From: Neoconidiobolus thromboides FSU 785
Taxonomy: Eukaryota > Fungi > Entomophthoromycota
DNA length: 64,000 nucleotides
NCBI GenBank assembly: GCA_025603075.1
Contig: MU626308.1
Span: forward strand, 54,202 to 118,201
Reading direction: 5' to 3'
The translations under genes and the position numbers were made by a program. The notes below the pieces were generated by a model. That model was not told the origin of the DNA, did not search any database, and saw only the letters and a list, made by a program, of their open reading frames with translations. Below, piece by piece: positions 1 through 12,310 of the stretch. Every line of letters begins with the position of its first letter. Positions within the stretch are counted from its first letter, which is position 1.

Positions 1-355
1 ATCTAACAAGTTTTAAAGCAAATTTTTAATTTCAGCTAATCCTCTATTATTTTTCAAAAACTTTGTCCGCTAATTTTTTTAATCTGTCAGTCATCTAATA
101 ATTCTTTGTTAATTAAAAAATTCCATTTCCAAGTTTTCTAAATAGATTTAAATAATAACTTTGGTAATCTTGAAATATTATTGCTATATAATAATTCTGT
201 ATAAATCTTAATTAAAAGTAAAAATTCTAATAAATAAATAAATAAAATATCAAATGTATAACAATATTAAGAAATCAATTATTTATAATTGTAAAAAATA
301 ATAAGATTTAAAAAAAACTTTGATAAATGTTAAATTTATTATAAACTCAATGAAA

Positions 356-459
356 TATGAAGATCTATTTTTGTGTCAAGAATTTTGCTAACAATTTTTC
401 CACTTAAATAGACTTAAAAGATGGAAAAAGTGATAAAACAAAATAAAAACATCTTTATA
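356..459 (+). mobile_element. MITE-like ~100-bp inverted-repeat element, copy A (degenerate ends)
   Basis: TA-TGAAGATCTATTTTTGTGTCAAGAATTTTGCTAACAATTTTTCCACTTAAATAGACTTAAAAGATGGAAAAAG...AAAACATCTTTA-TA; the interior aligns with copies at 7295, 54309 and 61933. Confidence 0.75.
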
Positions 460-693
460 TGTTCAAATAGAATATTAATAAATTAACTACTAAATTTAGT
501 AATTTCAGTTTAGTTTTATATAATAAAAAAATAAATTAAATTAATTAATTAGTGTAAAAATTTTGAACTCTAAATTTTACTATTACTATAATTATTAAAT
601 AGCTTTATTTTGATTTATAATAAAAAATGATTAATATAAATAACACATTTATCTCATTTACTTTGATTTTTATTTCCAAACAAATAATTAATA

Positions 694-1554
694 ATGCAAT
701 TTAAGACCATTTTAACATTAATAAGCTTTACTCTGGTTAGTGAAGTAATTTCAATACCAACTAACAATAATAATTCAATTACTTCTAATTCAAGTGGAAA
801 AAAACGTAACTTTCGAATAGTTGGTGGAGAAGAAGTTAAAGACTCTAAACAATATTCTTCCTTTTTAGTTTCTTTAACTGAAAATGGTTCTCATTCATGT
901 GCAGGTACCTTAATTCATGGTAATATGGTATTAACAGCAGCTCATTGTGCACCTGAACAGAATCAAATAATGGAATGGAAAGCAGTATTAAATCGATATA
1001 ATCAAAAAGTCTTACCTGAAAGTGAAGGAGCTACAATTTATGATATAATGGAAGTACATGTTCATCCTAAATTTGATAGAAAGAAAGCCAAAAATGATAT
1101 ATCTTTATGGAAAATTAATAGGCCATTTGAACAAAAAGTGGGTGTATTATATGATATTAAGGATGTTTTAAATAAACAAGATAATGTTCAATTAAAAGTT
1201 ATAGGTTGGGGTTTAACTTCAGAAGAAGGAGAACCTGCAGATAAATTAATGCAAGTTAATTTACCTTTAGTTAATAATCAACAATGTAATGAAATATTTA
1301 ATAATAATAAAATAAAGATAGATAAAAATAGTCAATTTTGTGCTGGTGATTTAAAAGGTAAAGATGCATGTGAAGGAGATTCAGGTGGTCCAATTTTATT
1401 AGATAATTTTAATGTACCTGTTATTACGGGTATTGTTTCTTATGGTATTAAATGTGGTAGTACTATTTATCCTGGTGTTTATACTAAAGTCAATCATTTC
1501 TTGAGTTATATTGCTGAAGTTGTTAAAAAGTCCAATCCAGAATTTGTTTATTAA
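694..1554 (+). CDS. Secreted trypsin-like serine protease (S1A), intronless
   Basis: Signal peptide, KKRNFR-IVGG activation site, TAAHC (His), KNDISL (Asp), GDSGGP (Ser), KDAC (Asp189, trypsin specificity). Confidence 0.95.
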   Translation: MQFKTILTLISFTLVSEVISIPTNNNNSITSNSSGKKRNFRIVGGEEVKDSKQYSSFLVSLTENGSHSCAGTLIHGNMVLTAAHCAPEQNQIMEWKAVLNRYNQKVLPESEGATIYDIMEVHVHPKFDRKKAKNDISLWKINRPFEQKVGVLYDIKDVLNKQDNVQLKVIGWGLTSEEGEPADKLMQVNLPLVNNQQCNEIFNNNKIKIDKNSQFCAGDLKGKDACEGDSGGPILLDNFNVPVITGIVSYGIKCGSTIYPGVYTKVNHFLSYIAEVVKKSNPEFVY

Positions 1555-1587
1555 ATATCGATATTATTAATAGAATTGAGATAATAA

Positions 1588-2285
1588 TTATATTTGATAT
1601 ATTATTTTTATCTTTTTTCGATTATTAATTATTGTTTCTTGATTATTATTATCAAATAATAGTAATAAAGTTAAACTTGGAAATGAATTAATATTATTAT
1701 TTAATTTATTTAATATTATTAAATTATTATTATTTATATTATTCCATTGATTATTAACTAAATTTAAATATTTTAATTTAATAAATTTATCTGATAATAA
1801 ATTAATTAAATTATTTATTAAATGAGTAGGTAAATTGTTTAATGTATTTTTAAATTCTAAATGAGTTAATTGATTATAATGTGTACCTAAATGTTGTATT
1901 AACTTAATATCTATTTTTAAACAATAATTTAATTTAATACAATATAAATATTTCATATAGTTTGTATTATTGTTATAATTTATAATTTCATATTCTTCAT
2001 AATCTTCCCAATCCTCTAATACTTTATTAGTTTGTTGATTATTTATTTTTTTACCTAAAAATTGAATTAATGTGTCTGAATTAATATTACATAAGGTAAA
2101 ATCTAATAAATAATAATTATTATGATGTAAATTTAATAACAACTTATTTGGATTATTTAATTTTGATAAAATTATTGGTAATAATTGTTGTTGTATTTTT
2201 AACGTTAATTTTTGATAATTTTTTATTATTATAATTGTATAATAAATATTATTATTTATTAAATTAATTATTTTATTATATAAAC

Positions 2286-2349
<64 letters not shown>

Positions 2350-2721
2350 GATATTAAATAGTTGATTATTAGAGATTGAATATGAATTATTTAACCATGA
2401 GTTAGGAGCTGATGGCCCAGCAATTAATGATCGATAATTTATATTACTATTATTATTATTAAAAGTATCAAAATTATTATAATAATAATAACTATCATTG
2501 ATATTATTAATATTAAAATTATTATTAATAATTTCTTCCCATGAATGTATACTATTTAATTTTTTTCTACTCTTATTCCTTAATAACTGTAAACTTTCAT
2601 TAACTGTATACTCTTGTTTATCTTTATCTTGTATTTTATTATCAAATTCATATTGTTTTTGATATTGAATTTGTTTTTCATAATATTTAACTTTACTTTT
2701 CAATTGGTATTTTCTTCCCAT
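1588..2721 (-). CDS. Asn-rich low-complexity protein with possible RNI-like LRRs at the C-terminus
   Basis: 377-aa uninterrupted ORF in very AT-rich DNA; poly-N tract; LxxLxL-type segments (IKLNYCLKID, LTHLEF, LKYLNLVNN, LTLLLL). Confidence 0.5.
2286..2348. repeat. (TAT)n microsatellite encoding the poly-Asn tract
   Basis: About 21 consecutive tat/tta units. Confidence 0.95.
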
Positions 2722-2807
2722 TGTTAATTTACATAGTAATAATTAATAAGAACAGTATTGAGTTTAATTTAATTGAATTCAAAAATTTAATAAGAAATGA
2801 AGAAAGT

Positions 2808-4446
2808 TTATTTTTTAAAAAAAGAGAGTAAAAATTCAAAACATTGATGTAAAAATCCAACACATACAAAAATTCCACCAATAATACCACTCAATCGTAT
2901 TAAAAATTTAATTATTGATTCTCTTTTTTCAGTAATTCTAACTAAAATGGGTTCAATATTATATTGAAAAAATAGTCCTAAATAATATATATTTAATTAA
3001 ATAAATGATTAAATATTATAATATTATAATATTATTATATTATTATATTATTATATTATTATATTATTATATTATTATATTATTAATATTACCTTGTGTT
3101 GATGAGCTAATAGATTGGATATCAGAACGATGATCAAGTACAGCATATTGATTAGTTATTAAAGCTTGATTATAGTTATCTAAGATATAAATTAATAATA
3201 TATACTAATGTATCTTAATATAATATAATATAATAATTAATTACCAATATAAATGGTAGGGACCTAATAAATAAAACATTGTTAATAAATTATATTAAAT
3301 ATAAATTATATTGGTAAACTTACTACTGAAATGTAATATTGAAATATATCCATAGCTAAATAAAATAAAATAAAATAAAATAAAATAAAATAAAATAAAA
3401 ATTAATATTACTATTTTTTGAAATTGAATAAACATTATCTAATGGGTTAACTAATAACGGATAATGTTTACCGAAGGAAAATTTGTCAATTCGATGAGTA
3501 AAATTAAATGCTAAAATAAATAATAAATAACATAATAACATAATAACATAACAATAAAATAGAATAATAATAATAATAATGATAATAATAATAATTTACC
3601 ATTATGCGGAACATGCATACCACCATGGCCATGACCTTGTGCAGTTATATGAAAGTTACCTTGAACCTATAATAATAATAACAATGATATAAATAAATGA
3701 TATTAAATGAATATAAAATAATAACAGAATTTTACCTTTTTAACTTGAAATGAACCACTAACTCTACAAGAATCAATAATTTGTGCTAAATTAAAACAAT
3801 TTAATATTAATAATTAATCAAATAAAACAAACTCTAATTTTTTACTTTCAACTCCACTTTTTTCAAATTCTTCATCTTGATGATATTGTCCTTGTTCAAC
3901 TAAATAGCCAATATGTTGCTCAAGTTGTTTATTATCTCTATTATTTGATTTAATGTTTATTATCCTATTAACATGATTTTAAATTTCTTACTGTAGCATC
4001 TTTGCTTTTCCTAAATCAAAATGAACCTATAATAATAATTAATATTATCAAACATTTAAATAATAATAATACTGGATATGTTTGAATTTGATTTTGCATA
4101 TGAATTGAGTTTCCTGAAGCATCATGAACATCCACATTTAAATCTATACCCCAATTTAATATTCAATAATATATACATTCTAGATGAGCTTACAATTGCA
4201 TGGCATCCCAATCGTAATATCAACATTAATTTGTAAATCGTTATGACCTAAATCTCGATCTACAATAAATTCATAACTTTGTTTCAAATGAATAAAATTA
4301 TTGATTTCAAATATAGTTAAATAAAACAATATAATAACAACAATAAAGGTAAATAAGCCACCAGTTTTAGTTTTAAATTGATATTCTTCTTTAATCTTTG
4401 GAAACGCATCAAAATACTTTAATTTCTTTTCACTATTGCTTATCAT
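2808..4446 (-). CDS. ER-Golgi COPII vesicle protein of the Erv41/Erv46 (ERGIC2/3) family, multi-exon
   Basis: N-terminal KKLKYFDAFPK...KTKTGGLFT plus TM helix; NFTHRIDKFSFG...NPLD; last exon LFFQYNIEPILVRITEKRESIIKFLIRLSGIIGGIFVCVGF...FFKK-stop at 2808-2810. Confidence 0.85.
3010..3087. repeat. Intronic (TATTATAT)n-type microsatellite
   Basis: Repeated attattat units inside an Erv41/46 intron. Confidence 0.85.
3356..3400. repeat. Intronic (TAAAA)n microsatellite
   Basis: About 8-9 tandem taaaa units. Confidence 0.9.
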
Positions 4447-5070
4447 TGTCTCTAAGTTAGATACTTAAGTCTAAATCAATTATTATTTAAAATTTAAAAT
4501 TTTAGTTCTACATTATAACTCCATCCAATAACGTGGCATTGACTTATGCTTTATTTTATTAGTTCAATTGCCTATTATGTAATAAGAATTTGGTATTTAA
4601 AATTTTAATAATAGAAATTTATTTTAGTGTAACAATCGACACAAAACAAAAAGTCAAATAACAATTATAAGAGGTTTAAAAAGAAATATTTATTTCAATG
4701 ATAATACTAATATTATTATTATTCTACTATTATTCCAGTATTTTTCTTTTAAACTCGAAAATTCAACATACAATAAATATACAATTATAAAACATCGGAT
4801 ATAAATTATCAGTTACTAAAAAAAATTCACATAAACAGTAATTTTCTATTAATGACATTAATTGATCTAGAATCAACCAATAAAAAGTATTTGAGTTCTA
4901 ACTCAGGCGTGATATGACAACATTTTAAAAAATAAGTCAAACTCAAGTCACTAAAAAGTTAAATAAACTCAAATTAAATTAAGTTCATTAATAGTTTTTT
5001 ATCTCTTTGTTTTTTTATTTATTTAATTAGTTTTACAAGTTATTAGTAGAATTTAAGAAAACATTACAGT

Positions 5071-7024
5071 ATGAATACTTTTCTTGTCACCTCGTCCAAT
5101 TTTCGGTTACCTAATTTTAATACCATAATAGAAGAACAAGCGGAAGATCACAATAAAATGGAAAAAGTAAATGCAATTTAAGTTTTATTTCGAAAAAGAA
5201 AATTTCACTAATAAAATTTTAAAACAATAGGGTATAATTTTAGTGAATGAATGGAATGATAACAATAATGAAAAAAAGGATAATTTATTAATTAAACTAG
5301 ATAATTTAAAAAAGGTAATTTAATTGATTTTAATTTAATTTATTATTATATGATTTATTAGATAATACCAAATAAAACAAGTAGTAATGTAAATAGTTAT
5401 AGATATATATTAAACGCTTTAAATGGTAAGTTGAACATATAAATTACAATTTAAATTATAAATATATATTATATATTTTTCAGATGAAGTACCGGATGCC
5501 ATATTATCCATACAATTAGCCATTATTCAACAAAGGATATATTCTAATGTAAGAAATATAATACATGAACAAGTAAATTATTAAGTTATCATTGTTATTT
5601 ATTTTATTAAAAGAGTAATAAATAATTAGGCATTAGTAATATCAAACATTAAAAAAGTGGATATGATGGCTCAAAATTATAGCAAAGTAACAAATAAATT
5701 AAAAAAAGACGTTAATAATTATCAAACTCAATTGATATCATGTAATATTATATTGTTTAACTTTGTTCATAATAATACTAATTTTTTTATTTTTTTTATA
5801 TCTAATAAATGTATAGCTATCTCTTTATTACATCAAGAAGTAACAAAAACAAAATTTTATTTAACTCAAGTATTTATTAGTTTACATCAAGTGAAACAAC
5901 AATTGGATGATTTGTATCTCAACAATAATAACAATCAAGATAGTAATTCAATACAATTAAATATTAATCCACATAATTATCCCAATTTATATAAATTAAC
6001 ATATAAACAACGAATAATTCGACCTAATTCTTATCATTATAATTATCAACAACAACAGCACTCATTCTTATCGGAGGTAATAACTAATGATTTTAAACCC
6101 CGTTCTAGTCTGGATTTACCATTGGAAAATAATAGTTGGAATAATTTTAAAGATAACCAAAGCATAAAATCATTCAATTCAAATTCACCTTATTTATATA
6201 ATAACAATAATAATAATAATTCTTCTACTTCCCTTAATCCAGAAGAGAATTTCAATTCCATTAACAATAATTCATCTTTAATTGCAGGTGCTATATCAAA
6301 AGTACATTTTGCTACATCAAAAGCTTATCGACAACCTCCACAATCCTTATCAGAAGCAATGAGTCCAATTCATTCAGGTTCAAGTGATGGTAGTATAATC
6401 AATATAGCCAATACAACTAATAATAATTCTATGAATTCAGAAATTACTAATAAAAAGAAAGCATTTTCATTAAGGACAACTTTATCATTAGCAAATTTAA
6501 AATCATTAAAAAAATCAAGTGAAGGAATAACAAATACTACTACTATTACCACTAGTAGAGATAAACAAAAACCATTAAATGCCAAAGATAGATTGAGTCA
6601 AATTGCATCTTCTTCACCTAAACCCTCAAATGTTATATTATCTAAATGGATCTCTAATGTATTTCGTACACATGAAAGTAGCAATAACAATAACATTACC
6701 ACAACTTCAATGAAATCCCAATTAAACCAAGAAACCTCCCAATTATCTTATTCTGAAGCACCCAAATTACCTAAACTTGAAGGTATTGATTATCGAATTA
6801 ATATTTCTACTGAAATCCCAGGAATGGAAGAAATTGATAATATTTTTATGGATAAAAATTTGAATGGGGAATTTAATTATTCTTTAAATTCTTCACCAAG
6901 ATCTCTAACTAGATCTTTTTCATCAGCTTCTACAATGAAAAATAATTCAAAAAGAAGACCTTCATTAAGATCTTTATTATTAGATCACCCTTCCTTTTCT
7001 TCCCCTTCTCAGTTTCCTTCTTGA
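5071..7024 (+). CDS. Multi-exon protein: N-terminal coiled-coil region (possibly BORCS5/LOH12CR1-like) plus long S/N-rich disordered tail
   Basis: Small GT-AG exons join to ...IQQRIYSNVRNIIHEQALVISNIKKVDMMAQNYSKVTNKLKKDV...; large last exon to the stop at 7024; family call from recalled similarity only. Confidence 0.55.
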
Positions 7025-7233
7025 TTAACGTTAATCGTTTAAGTGTGTGTTTAAATTGTAGATATCTAATTTATTTTCTATTTTTATTTATTGTAAATAT
7101 TATTATTCTCTATGTTAATAATAATATATAATCTATATTCTTTCTTTTCCTAAAAAATACACTTTCCCCATATTATTTATTAACTAGAAAACATTTAGAA
7201 ATCAAATATTAAAATTAAACTTTTTTAATATAT

Positions 7234-7278
7234 ATAATTTGTATTTTATAATTTGTATTTTATAATTTGTATTTTATA
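7234..7278. repeat. 14-bp tandem repeat (ATAATTTGTATTTT) x3
   Basis: Three exact units directly before MITE copy B. Confidence 0.9.
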
Positions 7279-7294
7279 TTTTATACTTTTAATA

Positions 7295-7398
7295 TATGGG
7301 GATGTATTTTTGTGTTTAAGAATTTTACTAATAATTTTTCCGCTCAAATAACGCTTAAAAGATGGAAAAAGTAATGAAATCAAAAAAACACCCCCATA
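7295..7398 (+). mobile_element. MITE-like element, copy B
   Basis: TA-TGGGGATGTATTTTT...AAAAAAACACCCCCA-TA; imperfect terminal inverted repeats with TA on both sides. Confidence 0.88.
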
Positions 7399-7400
7399 TA

Positions 7401-10007
7401 TTAAAATCCTAAAGCTAATAAAATACCATAACCTAATGAGATAATAACCCCATAAAGTAAAATAGAAGATGGGATCCCAGCTTTTAAAAAATCCTTAACA
7501 CTTAAATATCGAGTGCCTGTTTCATCTTCCATCATAATAGCATTCATATTAGGAAACCCAGAAACTGGTAAACCCATTGCTGAAGAACACATTAAAGCTG
7601 AACTCTACATAATATATATTAATTATTGAAATTCCTAAAATTAAAATAAAGTGATAATATTTTACCATAACAAGTAACCTAGGATGGGGATCTGGAAGGG
7701 TAGTACCAATTTGAGCAATAATTGGAAAGATAATAACTGCTCCTACAGTATGTGAAATAAAAGTAGTTATACAAAGTACAAAGAAGCACATAATAGCCAT
7801 AATTTGAAATAAGTTAAAATTTAATATTAATTGCTTAACATTAATTGATATAATATGTAATAACCCAGAAGATTTAACTCCTTTACCTAGAGCAATACCG
7901 CCCATAGCTAATATAATAACTGTCCATAAAAAATTATTAAAATCATCTTTCGATAAAATCCCTGTACCAAAAAACAGTACTAAAGGTATTATAGCAATTA
8001 CTCCCATATCACCGATAATAGATTCTAATTGATGAGCTAAACACCATAATATAATTGTAAATAAAGTTACAAAACAAACAAATAATTGAGTATTATTAAA
8101 CTTTTCAGGTGTATATCGAATTTGGTTTAAAGTTAAATTATGACTACTAGGCTTATAAATCAATAACAAAGCCGACCAAACTAATATATTTCCAACTAAA
8201 CAAATAGGTATAGAAATAGCAAACCATTGTAGCCAAGTAGGAGCTGGATCCATATTACTAATAGCAATTATATTTTGAGGTGATGATATAGGGGATGCCA
8301 TACCACCAATATTAGAAGCTAATGCAATTCCCATAATTAAGCTTCTAGCATAAGGGCTTTTACTTGGTAATGTTCTTAGTAATGGTTGAATTAATGAGAA
8401 GCATAGGACTGGAGCAGCTACATTAGAAATCCACATACTAGCAAAAGTAGCTACCATCATATTAGCCAATAAAACTTTAGAAGGTTCAGAACCAGCATAA
8501 GATAAAACTGCTGAGGCCATTTTTTTAGCTATATGATGTTTCGATAGTGCTGAAGCTAATGAAAAGCCACCTAATAATAACATAATCACCGGTGAAAACA
8601 TGGAAGCAAAGATTTCATGAGTGGCTTCAGGAGCAGTAAGTCGTCGATTTCCATTATCTTCTTTTAAAATTTTCAAAACTACAATTAAAAAGGGAATTAA
8701 TAAAGCAGTAACAAATAAAGGTATAATTTCTGAAGCCCATAAAAGAGATGCAAAAATTAATAAAGCAAAACAATTAGCTGGTTCACGTTCTGAAAATGGA
8801 GAGTAATTGATTAAAATTATAAAAAATACAGAAAATGTTAAAAACAATAATGAATTTTGCATGCCATCAGTGAAAGTGAAGCTAAATAAACTACTTGCTT
8901 TGATTTGAGTGGAAGTAGTTTGTGGTGTTGATTTTGGAAAAGATAATTGTTTTAAACCAACGGAATGTGCTTTACGTTCTAAAGATACCATATCTCTCCA
9001 AACGGTATTACGTTCCCAAACCAGATGTTCACGTAAATGAGATTTTAATTCTTCAAAAGCATGTTGTTGATCAATATTACGTAAGGTAGCATAGATTGTC
9101 TGTATACGAATAATTTGATCATCCAGTTTATTTTTAGTTGATTCTAAATAAGGATAAGAAGCTAACACAGTTTCATTCAAATAACGTTTGGTAATTGATA
9201 CTCCAGTTACCTTATCATATTTTTTTAATATTTTACTAAATCCTGTATAATTTAATACCACATAATTTTTAAGTTCTGTTAATAATACAAAATGTTCGAT
9301 TACTTTTTTAGTTAATACAATGGCTTCTTCTTCAAATGAAATATCCATATTCATTTTATCATTACCTCCAGTTGATAATCTTCTTTCTATTGAATTAAGG
9401 ATATTGGTATCTTTCTTTGGTGTTTCATAGAACGAAATCGAACGATGTTTAAGATTCTTATTATTACTTCGATTTAATGGACTTGGTTTTAAATCCGAGT
9501 TACTAGGCGAACCAGTTAATACACTCGATTGTAAAATAGCGCCTTCTGATTCAATATCAATTAAATCAGGAGAATTACTTTGCTGAGTACCTATACCTTC
9601 TTCAATAAGATGAGAAGAATCAATATCGTTACATCGACTTTCTAATATAAAAGCTTTATGACATAATTTTTCAACACTGGTATAAAGATCTGTTTCTTTT
9701 TTTGTATAAAAATTAATGATCTTTTTTAACTCTTCATCTAAAGCAGGCATAAAACTTTTATTTGCTATGGTATTCGCTCCTAATAAGGTACATGTTTCAT
9801 CTAATTCATTACATTCTCCGGTGGGACTTGAACGTGAAAACAAATCTTTTTCAATTTGATAAATTAATTTTTTTAAGTTAGAATAGCTAAATGAATGGTT
9901 ATAGATTAATATAAAAAATAGTGGATCAGAAAAAATATAGTTTACGCAATATAATGATTTCTCCATTCTGGTACAGCATTGAATTGGACAGTATGTGAAA
10001 ACTTCAT
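7401..10007 (-). CDS. SPX-domain low-affinity phosphate transporter (Pho87/Pho90/Pho91, SLC13/DASS family)
   Basis: Starts MKFSHTVQFNAVPEWRNHYIA|YSNLKKLIY (SPX); LNYTGFSKILKKYDK; SMWISNVAAP and GMASPISSPQN; ends SSAMGLPVSGFPNMNA...GF-stop; introns near 9877-9945 and ~7610-7665. Confidence 0.93.
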
Positions 10008-10621
10008 TGAATTTTAATGCTTTTTATTTATAAAATTTCAATAAAAAATAAAATAAAATAAAATGAAGGACTTGCTTTTATAATGGAAATGATTCTAAAT
10101 TTATAGTTGGAATAATTATGCACCTTTAGTTCTCGCTTAATTTTTATATTTTATCCTTTGGTTCCTAACTTGGAAATAATCAAAGTACAAATCAAACCCC
10201 TATTTATTGGAATTGTATGTGTATATTTATGATTTTCAGTTAATGTATTATTTTATGTTTAATACAGATAATACAGTACAAATAAATAATATTCATAGCA
10301 CAAATATTATATTATTTATAAACATAAAAATACAATTTGAGGGTATAGTTTAACATTAAACCCTTAAAGAATTTTAATTTTAATAGTTTTTCCGATTTTA
10401 GTTAAATTTTCTAAAATTCGTATTCTAAATAATAATAGAATGAAGTTTATTTATTTATCTATTAAACATAATATTTCTACCCCTATTTTTCTAATAGTTT
10501 ATTATACTTAACGAATAGCAATAGCTTATTTAGATAAAAGCAATTCACAATAGCTATTAAAACCTTAATAAAATCAGTATTATTCCTACTACCACTTGCA
10601 AATAATTTTTTTCTTTATTAT

Positions 10622-11093
10622 TTACATATTACCAGAAAGCGATAAAGACTTATTTAGTGTTCTTAATTGAGCATGTCCTTGAGATAACAATTCATCGATT
10701 CTTTTCTATCAGTTTATTTAAATTAGTATTGTTTAATAGAAATAGAAATAGAAATCTACTAAGTCAGTAACTGAACGATATCTTTCAATATCGCTTCTTA
10801 ACCATTGTTTTAAATAAATCTTATCATGTTCATTTTTTACTTCTATAAAAATAGAGATAAGTTATCAGTTGTTTTATATAAGATAAAGTATTACTTGATA
10901 TCGTTCTTAAGCTAGATCTATAAAATTGAATCACTTTGCTACGAGTTAAAAACTTCAAAAATAAAAAGGTAAGTAGTGTATTCAATTCAAAAAAAATAAT
11001 GCATACAGTTTTAAAATCGGGTACATCTTTTAGTCTTTCTTTATTAATACTAGCGTATTGTCGTATACTATTGAAATTGATAAACCTTGACAT
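10622..11093 (-). CDS. LYR-motif mitochondrial protein (LYRM2-like), 4 exons
   Basis: FLTRSKVIQFYRSSLRTI, then HDKIYLKQWLRSDIERYRSVTDL, then KRIDELLSQGHAQLRTLNKSL...-stop. Confidence 0.75.
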
Positions 11094-11175
11094 TAGATTT
11101 GAAAAAACATAAAAACCAAGAATCAAATCTTATTCATAAATTTTGCAAAAAAATATCAAAAAATATTAAAAAATA

Positions 11176-11727
11176 TTAAAAATTTAATAAATAAATCAAC
11201 CCCAAAACAAGCCAATAGTTCATACAATAACCAAAACCAGTAGCATTTGAAGAATTATTATCTGTTTGAGATGTTGGTGATTTTGTTGAGTATTTAGTTG
11301 AAGTAACTACAATCGTAGGAGAAGTAGTAACAAAAGAAGTTAAATCCAAAGTGGATGTAGCTAGCTTTGAACTTTTGCTTCGAGTATTTGGAATTAAGGG
11401 TTTATTATTTATTGTTTTACTCCCTGATACTGCAGTTGGAGTAGACAGTACATCTGAAGTTGGAGGGGGTGAGGTAGGAATTAAGGTAGGACTAGAGGTT
11501 GGATTTAGGCTAGGGACTAGGGCTGGGGTTGTAATACTACTACTGAGTATGGAACTTGTGGTAATATCAGCGGAAGTAGAACTTACTATTGGGTTATTTA
11601 AATTGCCAGGGAGACCATTATTATTAGTATTTGAGAGTAAATCATTAGGGAACGCATGAGCGTTTATTGAAATAAAGAGAGTAGAAAGAAAACAACAAAT
11701 TAGGCTCAATAATAATAAAAATTTCAT
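11176..11727 (-). CDS. Secreted Ser/Thr/Pro-rich, probably GPI-anchored cell-surface protein
   Basis: Signal peptide, S/T-rich body, small-residue NNSSNA site and hydrophobic C-terminus. Confidence 0.75.
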   Translation of the reverse strand: MKFLLLLSLICCFLSTLFISINAHAFPNDLLSNTNNNGLPGNLNNPIVSSTSADITTSSILSSSITTPALVPSLNPTSSPTLIPTSPPPTSDVLSTPTAVSGSKTINNKPLIPNTRSKSSKLATSTLDLTSFVTTSPTIVVTSTKYSTKSPTSQTDNNSSNATGFGYCMNYWLVLGLIYLLNF

Positions 11728-12310
11728 TTTAAAATAAACAAAAAAATGATATAGATAAATAGTGACTTATTATTGACTTTATATAATTTTAAATTTCAGG
11801 GGAAATTTGGAGTTGCTTTAAATGAAACTAAAATTAAAATCTAAGAATTTTAACTATATTTTAATTGGTTCATTTAAACTTTATTTAACTTTGTTAAATT
11901 TGAAACAAGCTAATTTACTATATTAGTTTTAATTTTTTTATACTAATTTTTTTGTATTGTCAATTGCTTTTTATTATTAAAAATTTAGAATAATTTAATA
12001 ATCATACCGTAAAGAATGTATATTAAATATTAGATTATACTAGATAACAATTTAACTTCATTGGTATAGCTTATATTTAACATAACTCGACTATTTATCT
12101 ACTTTTTCAATTATTCTTTACATAATAATTGTTCATTAAATTTAGATAATACTAAGGATATTTCACAAATTTTATATCTTTTTGTTTGTATATTGAAATA
12201 TACTAATATACTAGTCGCTACAACGAATACAATAAACAATAAAACCAACAAATATTATTTGTTTAATAGTTTAATTTCAACTAAAAATAATAACAATAAT
12301 CTTTCTTTTC

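Noticed and set aside
9877-9945. ORF-track N-terminus MEKSLYCVNY... for the phosphate transporter
   Set aside because: Readthrough of a 69-nt stop-free intron; the true SPX start is MKFSH at 10007
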